Shown here: in pieces, positions 50,462-62,800 of the stretch
Layout: each line of letters opens with the position of its first letter
Position numbering within the stretch: position 1 is the first letter of the stretch
Origin: Trichosphaerium sp. ATCC 40318
Taxonomy: Eukaryota; Protista; Tubulinea
DNA: 64,000 nucleotides
NCBI GenBank assembly: GCA_038496445.1
Contig: JALMLS010000598.1
Location: 1 to 64,000, forward strand
Direction: 5' to 3'
The notes under the pieces: model-generated
What the model saw: only the letters and a program-made list of their open reading frames with translations
What the model was told of the DNA's origin: nothing
Database searches by the model: none
Position numbers and translations under genes: made by a program

Positions 50462-51240
50462 TTTTAGTTTATTTAGATGAAAGCGGTGTTGTATTGCTTC
50501 AGTGAGTTTTGAATTTTTGATAAAAATTTCACTAAAAATTCACGCGAACAGAAACTCGCTTACCAACGAAAATAAGATAGCATTCTCTGAAGGGCACGTA
50601 GAATATTACAGGCTTTAATAAACTCCTAACAACTGCGCATTGAAGCGTTGTCACTAATGTCGCCATCAGATTCACAATTGCGCGCTTTACTTCACGGTTC
50701 GTTTATGAAACGAACTCGCAGTTTTTTTGCGAGTAATCAAAAAAAAACTCCTCAAACGTCCTTACGTTGATTGGCGCGTAGTGGAGTGATTTAATGAAAA
50801 AAGTTTTTTTGTAATGTGACAAAAACTCCTCGAGTGTTCGAGTTTACCGCTGAGGAGTCTTGTAATGAGGACTTTGTGGACTCGTGCGGGCGAAATCGAA
50901 AGCTGATGGTGTCAGTAGGCAGCACATTCGCCATTTGATCTTCCACAGGCTTTCAGTACCAGAAATCGCACTTTGTTTTGAGCCATACAAATTGCTACAA
51001 CGTTAATACTTAGCCTGCTGCATGTTGCAACTCATGTCGCGTGAATTTGCTGCAGTTATTAGGTAAAATGACGATTGTGCGTCATTCAGCCGTAGTCTTC
51101 AATAGATCAGCAAAAAATGAACAAAATGAGTAACTATCAACCTGCTGCTTCAAGTAAAGAGGTTTTTTGAATTTGTTTTGCGGGAAAGTCTTTTTGGTTC
51201 TCGTGTTCGTTTTACAACTACAGCATAACCACATAACAGA

Positions 51241-52217
51241 ATGCGTATTGAATATTGCTGGTATTGTGGTAAACCTGTCTACCCTGGACATGGTATTGTA
51301 TTTGTGCGAAATGATTGCCAAGTACGTTGCCCTTTGTTTACTTGTAGTTGCGGTGTTAATACATTGCAATTTCTCAATTTTTTTGCTTCACTAGATTTTC
51401 TCACAAACGTTTTTGCGCTGTAGTTACCCCATTCGTCATATAAGCTTAATGTAACTCTTTTGTAGGTAATTCGCTTTTGTGCCTCACGTTGCCGTAAATT
51501 CTACCACCAAAAGTCTGACCCACTCAAAAAACGATGGACCAAGGCATACAGAGCAAAAATGGGAAAAGACATGATAAAAGTACGCTTGTTACATCTATAA
51601 AATCGTCTAAACGCGCCCAGGACGAGTCACAATTATTTGCCAAGCGCCGTAATAGGCCTATGAAATATAACAGAAATACAATGCGCAGAACGGTTAGGAT
51701 CATGAAGAAGGTACGCCAAATTATAAACAGCCCACCATGGAATTTACCACAATGCCTACAAACCCTTTACGAACGGCAATAAATGACATACGAATTTTTC
51801 AAAAGTTTTTAACCTTCGCGAGCGCCCTCTAACGTTACTTGTAGGTCAAAGAAATCGAACACGCAAGGAAAATTGAGCATATTAATAGAACGTACGCTTC
51901 AGAAGCTCCTAAAACTCTCCTAAAACATTACTCACGCATTAAAATAGCATTGTTGAGATTGGTAAGAAGAACGAAACAGAATACAAAGGCAAACAAAGAG
52001 AACTTGGCCAAGCACACTCCATTATTGGAAAAAATGCAATCAACAGAGAATCTCTTCCAAAGGTTGGTACCACACGCCAGAAAAGACCAGACGTACGTTT
52101 TATTAGTTACATACAATGTACTGTGTTCGTTTTATTAACGCTTTGCTCTAGAAAATGCTTATCGACACGGAAAAACCTACACGCAACAACAAGATGCGTA
52201 TTCTCAACTCAAAGTAG
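51241..52217 (+). CDS. RLP24: Ribosome biogenesis protein RLP24 (eL24-like), 5 exons
   Basis: [61 protein letters not shown]. Ends KMRILNSK*. Confidence 0.92.
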
Positions 52218-52453
52218 TAACTGTATGTACAATAAACAACACCACAATTTTACAAACTGTACTGAGTGGCCTAGAAAGGGAGAGCAGTACAGCTCTTTCT
52301 TTTTGGGGTGACTATATTCGTTGTACCTCTGAATGGCAGATAATAGCACGCGAGCTAGTTGCTGTGTTGTTGGCTGTGTTTTTAAATAACTGTGTTTGAT
52401 TTGGCTTGTTTTGAATATTTGTATTATTTTGGTCAAAACTGTTACCATTAACA

Positions 52454-53090
52454 ATGGCCGCTACTACACGGACACCAGATGGTACACTGGAGGTTCTGTG
52501 GGGTAAAGATCGCTTCACTGATGAGCAAATAAAAACCGCTTCAGTAATGCGCGGTGACGCAGTTAACGAACAAGACGTTGCTAGTGGTAAAAAGAAAACG
52601 AAAGATAGGCAAAAAAAGAAGAAAACTAAGTCTAAGATACCTCGGTTATATCCTTGGGTTACAGGGAAAGGCCACAGACAAACACACGATGCTGAAGACG
52701 AAAAACACTGGGCAACACTTCTAACTTACATTGAAAACTTCACAGAAGCCGCAGAGGTACACCAGCAATAAAAAATACATTATTGGTATTTATTACTTTT
52801 GGTGTAAAAAACCCACCAAAGAACGAATTTGAGGGATCAAGGGCATTAAACTAGAATTTTAGGAGCTAAAAGAATTACAATATGAACAAGCTGTAGCTGA
52901 TTCATTTGAAGCTTGGCATGAAGCAACGCCAGACGATGAATTTCAGTTTGGCGATGGTGCAGGCGAGCAGATGGACCCATTTCTACCAAAACTGGTACAG
53001 CAAAAACAAAATCAAAAAAAAAAAAACGTTACAGCCACTCAACAACAATTTGCGCCCAAAACAAGGTTTTTCCAAAGCATTAATTATTTA
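52454..53090 (+). CDS. Hypothetical protein (2+ exons); 3' end and any link to the downstream RasGEF unresolved
   Basis: ORF 52454-52756 splices to ELKELQYEQAVADSFEAW..MDPFLPKL. I found no in-frame path to the RasGEF exons. Confidence 0.5.
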
Positions 53091-53674
53091 ACCGGGTCAC
53101 GCGATTCAGAAAGATATTTTTTTTTGTCTTTGTTTTTCTTCCTTATTCGCTTACATTACACCTTTCTATTACGTTCATCATCCAAAACAATCATTAATTT
53201 TGTGCGTCACACAGTTTCAATGCTACCAGGGTCCTCTCGAACTACAACAGTTCACGTCTTTTCTATTTTTTTGTTGAAATTTTTTTCAGTTTTTTTTTTT
53301 CTTTTTTCATCGCAACATCAACAACGCACGTGATGAAGAAAAAGAAAAAGCAAAAGCCTCGTAAGAGATCAAAAACTCTACCTGATGAAACATCTCTAAA
53401 GCGAGATAAGAATCGTCATAAGCTACTTCATCAACATCTACAGTATTCATCGAGGTGTAATGCTATTATTTATAAACGTGCATGTGTTTTTTTCATTATA
53501 GAACCCTGAAAAAAGCTTTGTTCTGATTTTCACGTTTTGTTTTAAATTTCTCGATTGTAGTTTGTTTTTTTTATTTTATATTGTATACATTATGTTTTTC
53601 TTTGGTTTTCTGTGGCTGTAACGCGATTTAGATTAAAAATTATATTCCTAATTTTTATTGATTTTACTGTTTAG

Positions 53675-56173
53675 GATGGTTTGCCGAAGAATATGTCTTA
53701 CTCACAGCTTGAGAGTAAGGTTATTGTAAAGTACGTACTAGCGCTATTATTATTTTTTTTATGACGTTGTTACTGCCTCGCCAGCGATCGTGTTCAACGA
53801 GGTTCAACGTGTTTAGTATTTTTGAGATTAAAAGTTTTTGAATTACTCAAGCTCATAGCGAGTTTAATTTATTCTAGGATACTTGATAATTTGGACTTGG
53901 ATGCGTTGTTTATTGTATCTGTTGTTTGTCCAAAATGGAAAACTATAATCGAAGAATCAGGTTTATTTAACAAATGGTAATTAATTACTCAAATACGCTA
54001 TTTTTTGATTGTTGTTTAATGTTCTGTCTGCTTAGGTATGACTACCATTACGATCAATTATTTGGAGATAATGAAAAAGAGCTTATACCTTTATGGACGG
54101 ATATTGGAGATCCAACGAAGTACTCTTATGAGTTAGAAGATGGCTGGGCCGGAAAAATATCTTTAAATCTACTTGTTACTCAAATGACGCCTCACGTTAA
54201 GATACCAGGTATGTAATGACGGTTGAATATACGCATTAATACTAGCGTAGATGAGATGGATATAGACGCTTTTATTATGAGATACAAAGTATTCACTACA
54301 ACACAGAAGGTCTTTCTTAAATTGCTTGAAAGGTATTTGTTTTTTAGCTTGTTTTTTTTGAGTAGCTCACGTTTTACCTAGGTTTGATGTACCTATACCA
54401 GACACTATGTCTGGGGATGAGAAACACCAGTATATCGTCAAATATGTTACACCAATACAAGTGCGTGTTGCTGGTATTATGAGGAGGTTGTTGTGTGATG
54501 AAACGTACGATTAATTCCTGTTTTGTTTTTTGTGTTGAATATCTTTCTGCTTTGATACCATTCTACGCCTTCCATATTTAAGATACTTGCCTTGCGGTGA
54601 TGATCGGCGTTTATTTTTATTTTTATGTGGATAAAGAAAATTGTTCACGTGTTTTTTTTTCTTGTGCGTACTGATTTTTTTTTCCAGCGCTGTTAAGAAT
54701 TTCGAGAAGGAAGTATTTGGATTCTTAAAGGTTGGGTTTTACTTAAAACGCCATAAGGCTGTGAAAAGTGTTAGCAGTATTATTCATACTGTAATCGACA
54801 GGGCGGTATGTGAAAAACACAACTCAGAAGAATTTCTGTTTTTGAAAGTGTCTTCGGCTTACTTATCTCTCGTTTTTTAGGCGAAGCTATTTTTTGAAAC
54901 ACAATTGGGTGTTACAAATGTTGAAGAAGAAAAAGATGAGACAAACACAAACCTCAAGGTAAAAAAATGGCTTGAAAGTCTTTTCTTTTGGTTACTATAA
55001 TATCAAGTTCTTGCTCTTAATTCGGCGGTTATTGACTTGGTTTCTTTAAATATAGATTGCTAGTATTGCTGATAAGACTGCTACGCCATTGATTGTTGCT
55101 GAGCAACTAACTATCATCGAATTTGGATTATACAAACACCTACATAACACAGAGTTCTTTGGACAAAGTTGGACCAAAAAGAAGAACTATCATAAAGCAC
55201 CTAATATCAGGTACGAACCTACAAGTTTGAAAAGATATTATTTCGAACGTAAATAGTCATAAACTTCAACAAGGCTCGTTTACAGCGGCGTAGTTGGACT
55301 TTATGTATTGAAAGGCGGCGACTTTATGTTTTGTTTTTCTTGTTTCTTCCTTCTTTGTTCTTGATGTTGAAGAGTCATTTTCTTGTTTAGGAAGATGATC
55401 GATCGTTTTAATTTAGTAACAAAGTGGATTGTTTGGGAGATTGTAAGTGTAAAGAAGCTAAGAATGCGTGTTAAGATGGTCATAAAGTTTATAGAAATTG
55501 GATTTGTGCGTATTGGTTTTTGTTATATACCGTGCTTACTCATTGTTTCTAGGCTCTCATGAAGCTAAATAACTTTCACACACTGATGGCACTTACAGCC
55601 GCTCTTCAAGATACAGCGTTGGGTCGACTTAAATTCACATGGGCTGCAGTGTACAGTAACCCAGGCATCAAAGAGGTTAGATCTTTGTTTATTCTTTTTG
55701 TTTTCGTTTTTGACTTGCTTTAGAAACACGATAAATTAAAAGCGTTGATGGCTGCAGATGCAGCGTATACTGTATATAGGAATCACATAAAGAAAATATC
55801 ACCACCAGCTATCCCGTATATGTACGTCCAGAACTCCAGTCCGCATTTTTCCTTTTTTTCTCTGCTGTTCGTGCCTCTTACACTTCCTTCTAGTGGTATT
55901 TATCTCCGTGATTTGGTGCTTATCGAAGAAGCTGTTGAAGAAAGGGATAAACAATTTATTTACTACAACAAGCAGCGTCGAATCTTCTACACAATTCGTG
56001 ATGCTCTTAACTTTCAATTATCAGAATTTCCTATCCAAAAAGTCGAAAAGGTTTATAACTACCTCAAAAATCTACAAAGATTTGAAGATCCTGATATGGC
56101 GCGTACATTATACAATTTAAGTCTAGCACAGGAGCCAAGGAGTGTTAAGAATGTAAAGGAATTAGTTCAGTGA
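53675..56173 (+). CDS. F-box + REM + CDC25-homology RasGEF
   Basis: F-box QLESKVIVKILDNLDLDALFIVSVVCPKWKTII; REM AFIMRYKVFTTTQKVFLKLLERF; CDC25 VAEQLTIIEF, APNIRKMIDRFN, LNNFHTLMAL, RLKFTW, PPAIPYIGIYLRDL. Confidence 0.9.
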
Positions 56174-56499
56174 TAACTTCTTTATCGAAGGTAAAAAAGA
56201 AAGTCAGAACCAAAAAAAAATTATCCACAAAAAGTTTTGTCAAAATAAAAATTTAAAAGCCATGTTATCATGTTAAAAGTTTGGAAAACAGAGACAATAG
56301 ACAATAGCACTGTTTTGTTATTCATTTGTCAGAGAATTCTTTGCACGTGTAATTTGAAACTAAATTGTAGGTGTTTGTTCCCACATGTTTAGCTGATTGG
56401 AAACCTTGATGGTAACAGCCCAGGGAAGTTCGTAGTTATGTCATTCAAGTAATATTCGCGAAGACCCAACTCAAGGTAAGATACTGGTGGACTAAGTAC

Positions 56500-56838
56500 A
56501 ATCAGTACCAGATTACAGATGATTGTTTGAAACACATGAAATCACTGAAAGCTACTCATATTCAGTCCGGCACAAAGATAACAAAAGAAGCTGTAGAAGG
56601 ATTGGGTAAAGCTTGGATAACTTGGCCTGATAACTTTGAAATATCAACATTTTGTTTTAACTGCCATCGTTGACTTTGTACAGACAGATGACTACAGACG
56701 CTACCTCATGTTAGAACTCAGGAGAAAATTTTGCTTTTGTGTAGGGAAGTGGTCTTGACTGCCTTTTGGCGTAGCTGTAAGCAAAACTTCCTGATATCTG
56801 TACCACGTGACTTGACTAAAATGATACGAATCAACTGA
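56500..56838 (+). pseudogene. Decayed LRR fragment plus a C-terminal VPRDLTKMI helix motif
   Basis: QITDDCLKHMKSLKATHIQSGTKITKEAVEGL and, in a separate frame, LCREVVLTAFWRSCKQNFLISVPRDLTKMIRIN*. Confidence 0.55.
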
Positions 56839-57220
56839 ACAATATATTTTGTTAACTTGTGTGCCAGAAAACTTATCGCATAGCTGTGTATACTTCCAAA
56901 ATCACAGCTGGTCGGTCTTCTGTTGTTGCATACACGCTAGCTGCAGATATAATAGACGGACAGCTATTCACTAAAAAAGAACCACTTCGAAATTCAAAAT
57001 TTGGCAGTACGCAACTTTAAGAGTATAAGCAGGCGCCTGATGGGGTAATAGTTTGTTAGCTGCTTATTCATGAATAAAGTTTGAGTCTTAGCTTGTTTAG
57101 GAACCTTTAATACGTTTTTTTTCTTTCCGCAGCACAGTCTAATGTACAACATACTGAGTGATGGTAGAATTGGTGCGAGAAAAGAAACATTTGCCAATGG
57201 GGCTTAGTGCATTACAATGG

Positions 57221-58465
57221 CTACACACGATTAAAGTCATAGCCAAATTTTCCTTCTGTGTATCCCCATTCAAAGACAAATGTATCCAGATCTCCAAGAA
57301 TAAAAGGTACACAACCCTCACTACACATTTGAAGCCCATCAATAAACCAATCATCCTCACCAGCTCCAGAACGAGCCCATGCAGTGAAACCTCCTAACTT
57401 ATCACCAGAATAGCAAGGTAATATTTCTGTGCCACATGCATAATGTTGTTCTAATTTTTCGCTGTCATAATCTCGAATACGATACAAAAAAGCAATGGCT
57501 CGAAGTAGCTTATTGGCGATAAATTCTTGTAATTTTTCTTCACTTTCTAAAATATAAACCAAAAGTTCGACTTTCTTTTTTGATTGTTCTCTCCATTTTT
57601 CAAACATTTCGATGAATCCTACAGGAAATTCCAAATTAATATCCCAACCCTTTATAATCAAAGGGACAAATAAGTTCAAATCCTCATGCACCTATACCAT
57701 CGAGTTAAAAAACCAATCAAAAAAAAAACGTGTTCTCAATTTTTTCGTATTTTTTGAACATACCTCACGCTTATCAAGTGACTTGTTCAGATTTAAAATT
57801 GCTCCATCTACACAATCTTCCTCAGGTATTTCTCTAGCAAAGTTTCTATTACAAGTGTAGCATAGAAATAGCTGAACAAGGCCTTTAAAAAGTCCCTTGA
57901 ACCTTTTAGGAACGTCTTCTCTTTTCATTTGAACGAGCAGCATGAGAGGTGTCTTACAGTGCTCACAGTGAGGAAGCGGGTACTTTACAGTGGTGAAAGG
58001 GTTTCCACCGTACTTTGAGAGGTTTGTATTATCGATGTATGAGAAACGCATGATAGGAGTGTAATACGTATGTACAAAGTCTTTAAGTATCCACGATATT
58101 TGGAGATGAAGTATTGCGCATTTCCTAATAGTTTGGCAGTCTGTAATGGCGTCAGAATCTTGTTGATTGGATCCTAGAATTTTTTCTATTATGGGTGATG
58201 ACAAGTGATGGGATGATTTGTTTGACGGGTCTTTAAGAAGCCAGTATTCTCCTGGGAACTGGTTTTGTAGAAATAATCGCCAAATCCTTGTATTTGACTT
58301 AATATTGTTGTAAAACGCCGTACAAACAATGCTAGCGTTTGCCAAGTGCATGTAATCATCATATTTGAAGGTAACAAGCAGTTTCTCGAAAATAAGCGAC
58401 CAAACCTCAGGAGGAGCGTTGTTTTCGCGTACAGTATCTTCAGCGGTCCTACGTTGTTTTTTCAT
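57221..58465 (-). CDS. F-box + DUF1963/YwqG-like domain protein (one intron, 57692-57763)
   Basis: F-box APPEVWSLIFEKL..ASIVCTAFY..IWR; SKYGGNPF..PHCEHCKTPLMLLVQ..GLVQLFLC; second half GDKLGGFTAW. Confidence 0.8.
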
Positions 58466-58645
58466 GACTAGTTGGTAGGCCTTTTTAGGTTTTTTTTAAT
58501 CACGTGTTAAGTCGTATTTAAAGATGGAGCGCCAGTACCTTGCTAAATATGATAGAGTTCAATATATTTATTCTATGCAAACGGATGTCATAAAACTAAA
58601 GGAAGTAGTAACAGTATTGCCACACCATCGCTGAGGCGGGCAGCG

Positions 58646-59016
58646 ATTGTCGAGTCAGGTCAAGTTAACGGTCTGGTTTTCTTAATATAGTAATTTTTTT
58701 TACCACGTGGAAAGGCGTCATGCAAAACCGCTCTCAACAGAGCTGATACCTGGTAAACATGTACAACGTACTGTTTGTTACGAGCGCGACGTAAATGGGA
58801 CAAATAGCGTTCCTGCACCAGAGTTTGACATAAATCTGTAACTATTCCTTACTCAACAAAACAACTTTCAAAAAAAAACATGTGCAATGAGACCGTAGGG
58901 CGTTGTACTACAATTTTGAAAAAAAAAATGAAACAGATAAAGTCTGTTGCTGGGTTTCCTTTTTGAGAAAAGTAAAAAAAAAAAACTGAAGCGTTAACTT
59001 GACCTGACTCGACAAT
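58646..59016. mobile_element. Non-autonomous DNA transposon (MITE-like), 371 bp with perfect 25-bp terminal inverted repeats
   Basis: ATTGTCGAGTCAGGTCAAGTTAACG (58646-58670) is the exact reverse complement of CGTTAACTTGACCTGACTCGACAAT (58992-59016). No internal ORF. Confidence 0.8.
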
Positions 59017-59813
59017 TTTGAGGGATGAATAGTGAATGTTTACAAAGTAATTTTATGCTAATCAGACACAGAACAACGTCATGCATGAGAATCACTGTCA
59101 CTGCCGATGATGTACTTGCGCCTCTGATTTGACCACTTTGAAAGATAACCAAAAATTGTAAGTTAATTGAACCAGTCGTGAGCTCAACGCGGATCTGGAG
59201 GTCACCACGTGTGGGTTTTTAATCACGTGGGTTTGAGATGGGATTCGTGAGCTTTTTCCCCTTTTGATGCCTGCTCACATACAGCTTACCTCGGCAAGTT
59301 CTGTGTGTCAGACGTGTCAAACCCGCAGTTATATTGTTGTGCGCTATCGCGTGATATTGGTTAGACAATGAAAACGACTGATGTAAGGGTGTACAGTGTT
59401 ATAAATATAATAGCACCCAATCATGACTTGAGTGTTTTTAAATAAAATGTCACAAAGATTGCACCTTTGTGAAAAAATTGCACCTTGCGGTGTTTCACAA
59501 AAAGATTCTTTTTGTACGCATAAAAATAAACACTTCGTATTTACAAACCTTGATGTTAATAGCGACTGCTTTGTTCAAGGACAAATAGTTTGGCCGTGGG
59601 TTGTTGCCAAACGTTCACATGTGTTGTGTCTTTGCGCTGTACTTATACCCTAGTAGTAAGCATGTTGGTTGAGGAAGCGTTGGTATGAAAAAAAGGTCTC
59701 GCTTTCTACATCAAATTGCTAGTTCTTTCGCTAGCACATTACCTTAAGTTAGGTACTTTAAGTCTTTAGTATTGTTGTTGGTTAGCATATTTCTCGTACC
59801 CAACAAGTATAAA

Positions 59814-62800
59814 ATGGGTAGGAAGCTTGAAGTCATACTCGCTTTATTGTTTGTAGCCTCGGTGTTTTCCCTCGCACCATTTTCTACTAAGCGGCCTGTA
59901 TTCGCATCGGTACGCATCTTTACAAAGCTATACTCGTAGTGGTTGGCCGCCAAAGGGCGTAATATGATAGAGCCCTTTCCAAAATAAATATACTTAGCTC
60001 AAAAATAGGTTACGCACCCACTTCAACCAACAGACATTTTGGGCAACTTCAACACTCCATACCCAACGAATGCTTTTTGGACAAACGCAGTACTAGCCAA
60101 TGGAGCTGGTGTTGTTGGTCAAGGCATGGTACCAGCATTACCGTATCTAGTCAAGTACGTTTCAGTAACTTTTAAAAAACGAACTAGCGCCATTGCTAAC
60201 AAAACACCTTTTTTTGGCATCACGTGATACTACGCTTTTTTTGTAAATCGCGGAGTATTTAAATTTCCGTTGTTACTCACTAGTGTGCTTTAGTATGAGG
60301 AGTAATGGTGTGGCCATAACTATGCCCTCTCTGTTCGGAGCAAGCAATGTTGCTGGGATGGCATTTGGTGAAGATTTTAGAGTCTTTTTTCAACAACTTT
60401 CGGGATCTCCTGTGAGGTAAGCCTGTCAATTATTTAAGTTTGTTGGGTGTAATTAATGTTATGTAAGACGTGTATCAAAGTATGATGATATGTCTGTGAC
60501 TATGGCATGGAATACAAATCAGCTTGAGGTTCCAATTGTTCCAGGTAGAACAGTAAACCAAACTTTCTTTTTTGTGACCGTTGCTCATTGCTTACTCTTT
60601 GTACCAGGAAGTCCATACTTTTCCTTCAAAGTAGATAACTTGACACCATTTATAACATCCGAACACGTTATAAGGTCTATCAACGGTCAATCAGCAGGAA
60701 CAATCTCAGGTACACATTGCAAACAAGATCTTAAACTAACCCGTTTTCCAGGTAACAAATTTGTGATTGTACTTGATGGTGGTCCAACCGGTATACTCTA
60801 CACCTCTTCGAGCGTATCCATAACTTGGACTTCATCGATCATAAACTTCAACAGCAGGTTCACAGGAGTTATACGTCTTGCAAACAGTGCGATTGGCGAG
60901 TCAGAACTTGATAAGTACAGAGACGCTTTGGTTGTTGGAGGAACAGCAGAGTACGCATTTTGTGTATCTTCATACTTTCTCGTACTTACTTTTTTCTTTG
61001 TAGTATCGTATTTGGTCAAGGCAATAATGCCAATCTTGAAATTACATGGCAAACTGAAGGTCAAGGACAGTTGTTGATGATGGCTTTACCACATCATCAA
61101 GATATGTTTTCACAAGGATCTTCATCAAGTGCTAGTATAAGAACCTTAAAGGTAAGAGTAGTTACGCTTCCTATCGTCACCATTTAATCATGAATAGGGT
61201 ACAATGACAGGAAGAGTTGGTTCACAATGGGTTCTTCCTGAAATCCTCCCTGAACTCAGATGGAATTCTGCAAACCCTATCGACTCTGACAAGATAGGTG
61301 CACTTCGTGCTGCTCTGATAGCAGATGACGCTGCTCAAAACTTTTTCCCAGGGGTACGTCACATAGTTATTGTGAAATTGTGAGCGAAGCAATCGATCTC
61401 GTTTGTTTTATTGGTGCTAGGTACATGAACCTTACTTTTTTTCTCTTGTAGGATCCTTACTTTCATGGAAAGAAAGTAGCTCGTGTAGCAAGGTTGGTAC
61501 TCATAGCTGATCAATTGGGTGAGAGTCAAATAACTACATCGCGATTGAATCATTTAAAGGATATCATAACTCCATGGCTTGAAGGTTCGTTGACTTTCTA
61601 AGGATATCCTACATTATTTTTTTTCTATCGCTTCTTTGCTTACAACATGTGTTAGGTACAAATAGTAACAAGCTTGTATACGACTCTACATGGGGCGGTA
61701 TCGTGAGTACCAATGGAGCAAATAGCGCTGCAAGTGATTTTGGACAGGGCTACTACAACGATCATCGTAAGGAAGATAAAATAGTATTACACCCACTTAT
61801 TGTGCTTGATAGATTTCCACTATGGGTACTTCCTCTATGCTCTTGCAGTGATTGGTAAATATGATATATCGTTTATAAATCAACACAAAGATGCTGTATT
61901 GGACTTAGCGAGAGATATAGGTACTCACAATGACACTCAGCAATGATACTTTGAATCTCACTTTTTGTTTTCTACCTAGCCAATCCTTCAACTCAAGATA
62001 CCTACTTTACAAAGCTTCGTCAAATAGACTGGTATAATGGTCATTCATGGGCAAGGTAACTTTAACTGAGTACGTGCATTTACGAGATACTTATACCATT
62101 AGCGGTATATTCGAGTTCGGTGATGCCAAAAACCAAGAAAGTACTTCAGAAGCCATAAATGGATGGTACGTTCACTTCTCACTCGCGGTGTTTTTTAAAG
62201 GTTGCTAATGTACTAAAGGTATGGATTGGCGTTACTTGGTGAAGTGTTGGGTAATGACGAAATGAAGAATCTTGGAAGAATGTTGATGGCCACAGAAATT
62301 CGGTAAGTACAGACACTCTTTGTTTGGCTTTCAGTAGCGCTGTTACTCACTTTATACAATTAGTGGCACTAAAAAGTATTGGCATATTACTAGCCAGTCT
62401 GATATCTACCCAGATGCATTCAAGCAAAACAAAGCTATTGTTGGTATTCTATGGTCAAGTAAAGTAGATTATACAACTTGGTTTGGAGGAAATCTTGAAT
62501 TTGTCTATGGAATACAAGTACGAACAGCCGCATTCGCACTTGGCACTTTTTTTATTAACTTTTTCTTCAAAATAGATGCTTCCTTTTACGCCTGCCACTG
62601 AACTATTTCTTGATGACACTGACTGGGTCAGTGAAGCTTATGGATACCTTGAGAATCTGGTGAGGACTTTTTGAAACTCAAAGTCACGTGAACTAATTAA
62701 TATAAATAGAATGCAGGTCAGGAGTGGAATGGGTTTCTTCTTTCATTTTTGGCGATTGTTGACAAACCTCGAGTACGCACAAGATCTAATTGTTAATCAC

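Noticed and set aside
51322-51844. Intronic snoRNAs in the longer RLP24 introns
   Set aside because: No paired C/D boxes or clear H/ACA structure seen.
51892-51947. Apparent shifted or non-canonical splice junction in RLP24
   Set aside because: The canonical GT-AG join gives a frame that continues correctly through the next intron to the stop at 52217.
56878-56970. Imperfect stems (TAGCTGTGTAT/ATACACGCTA) suggesting a structured ncRNA
   Set aside because: Pairing is short and bulged, and there is no family signature.
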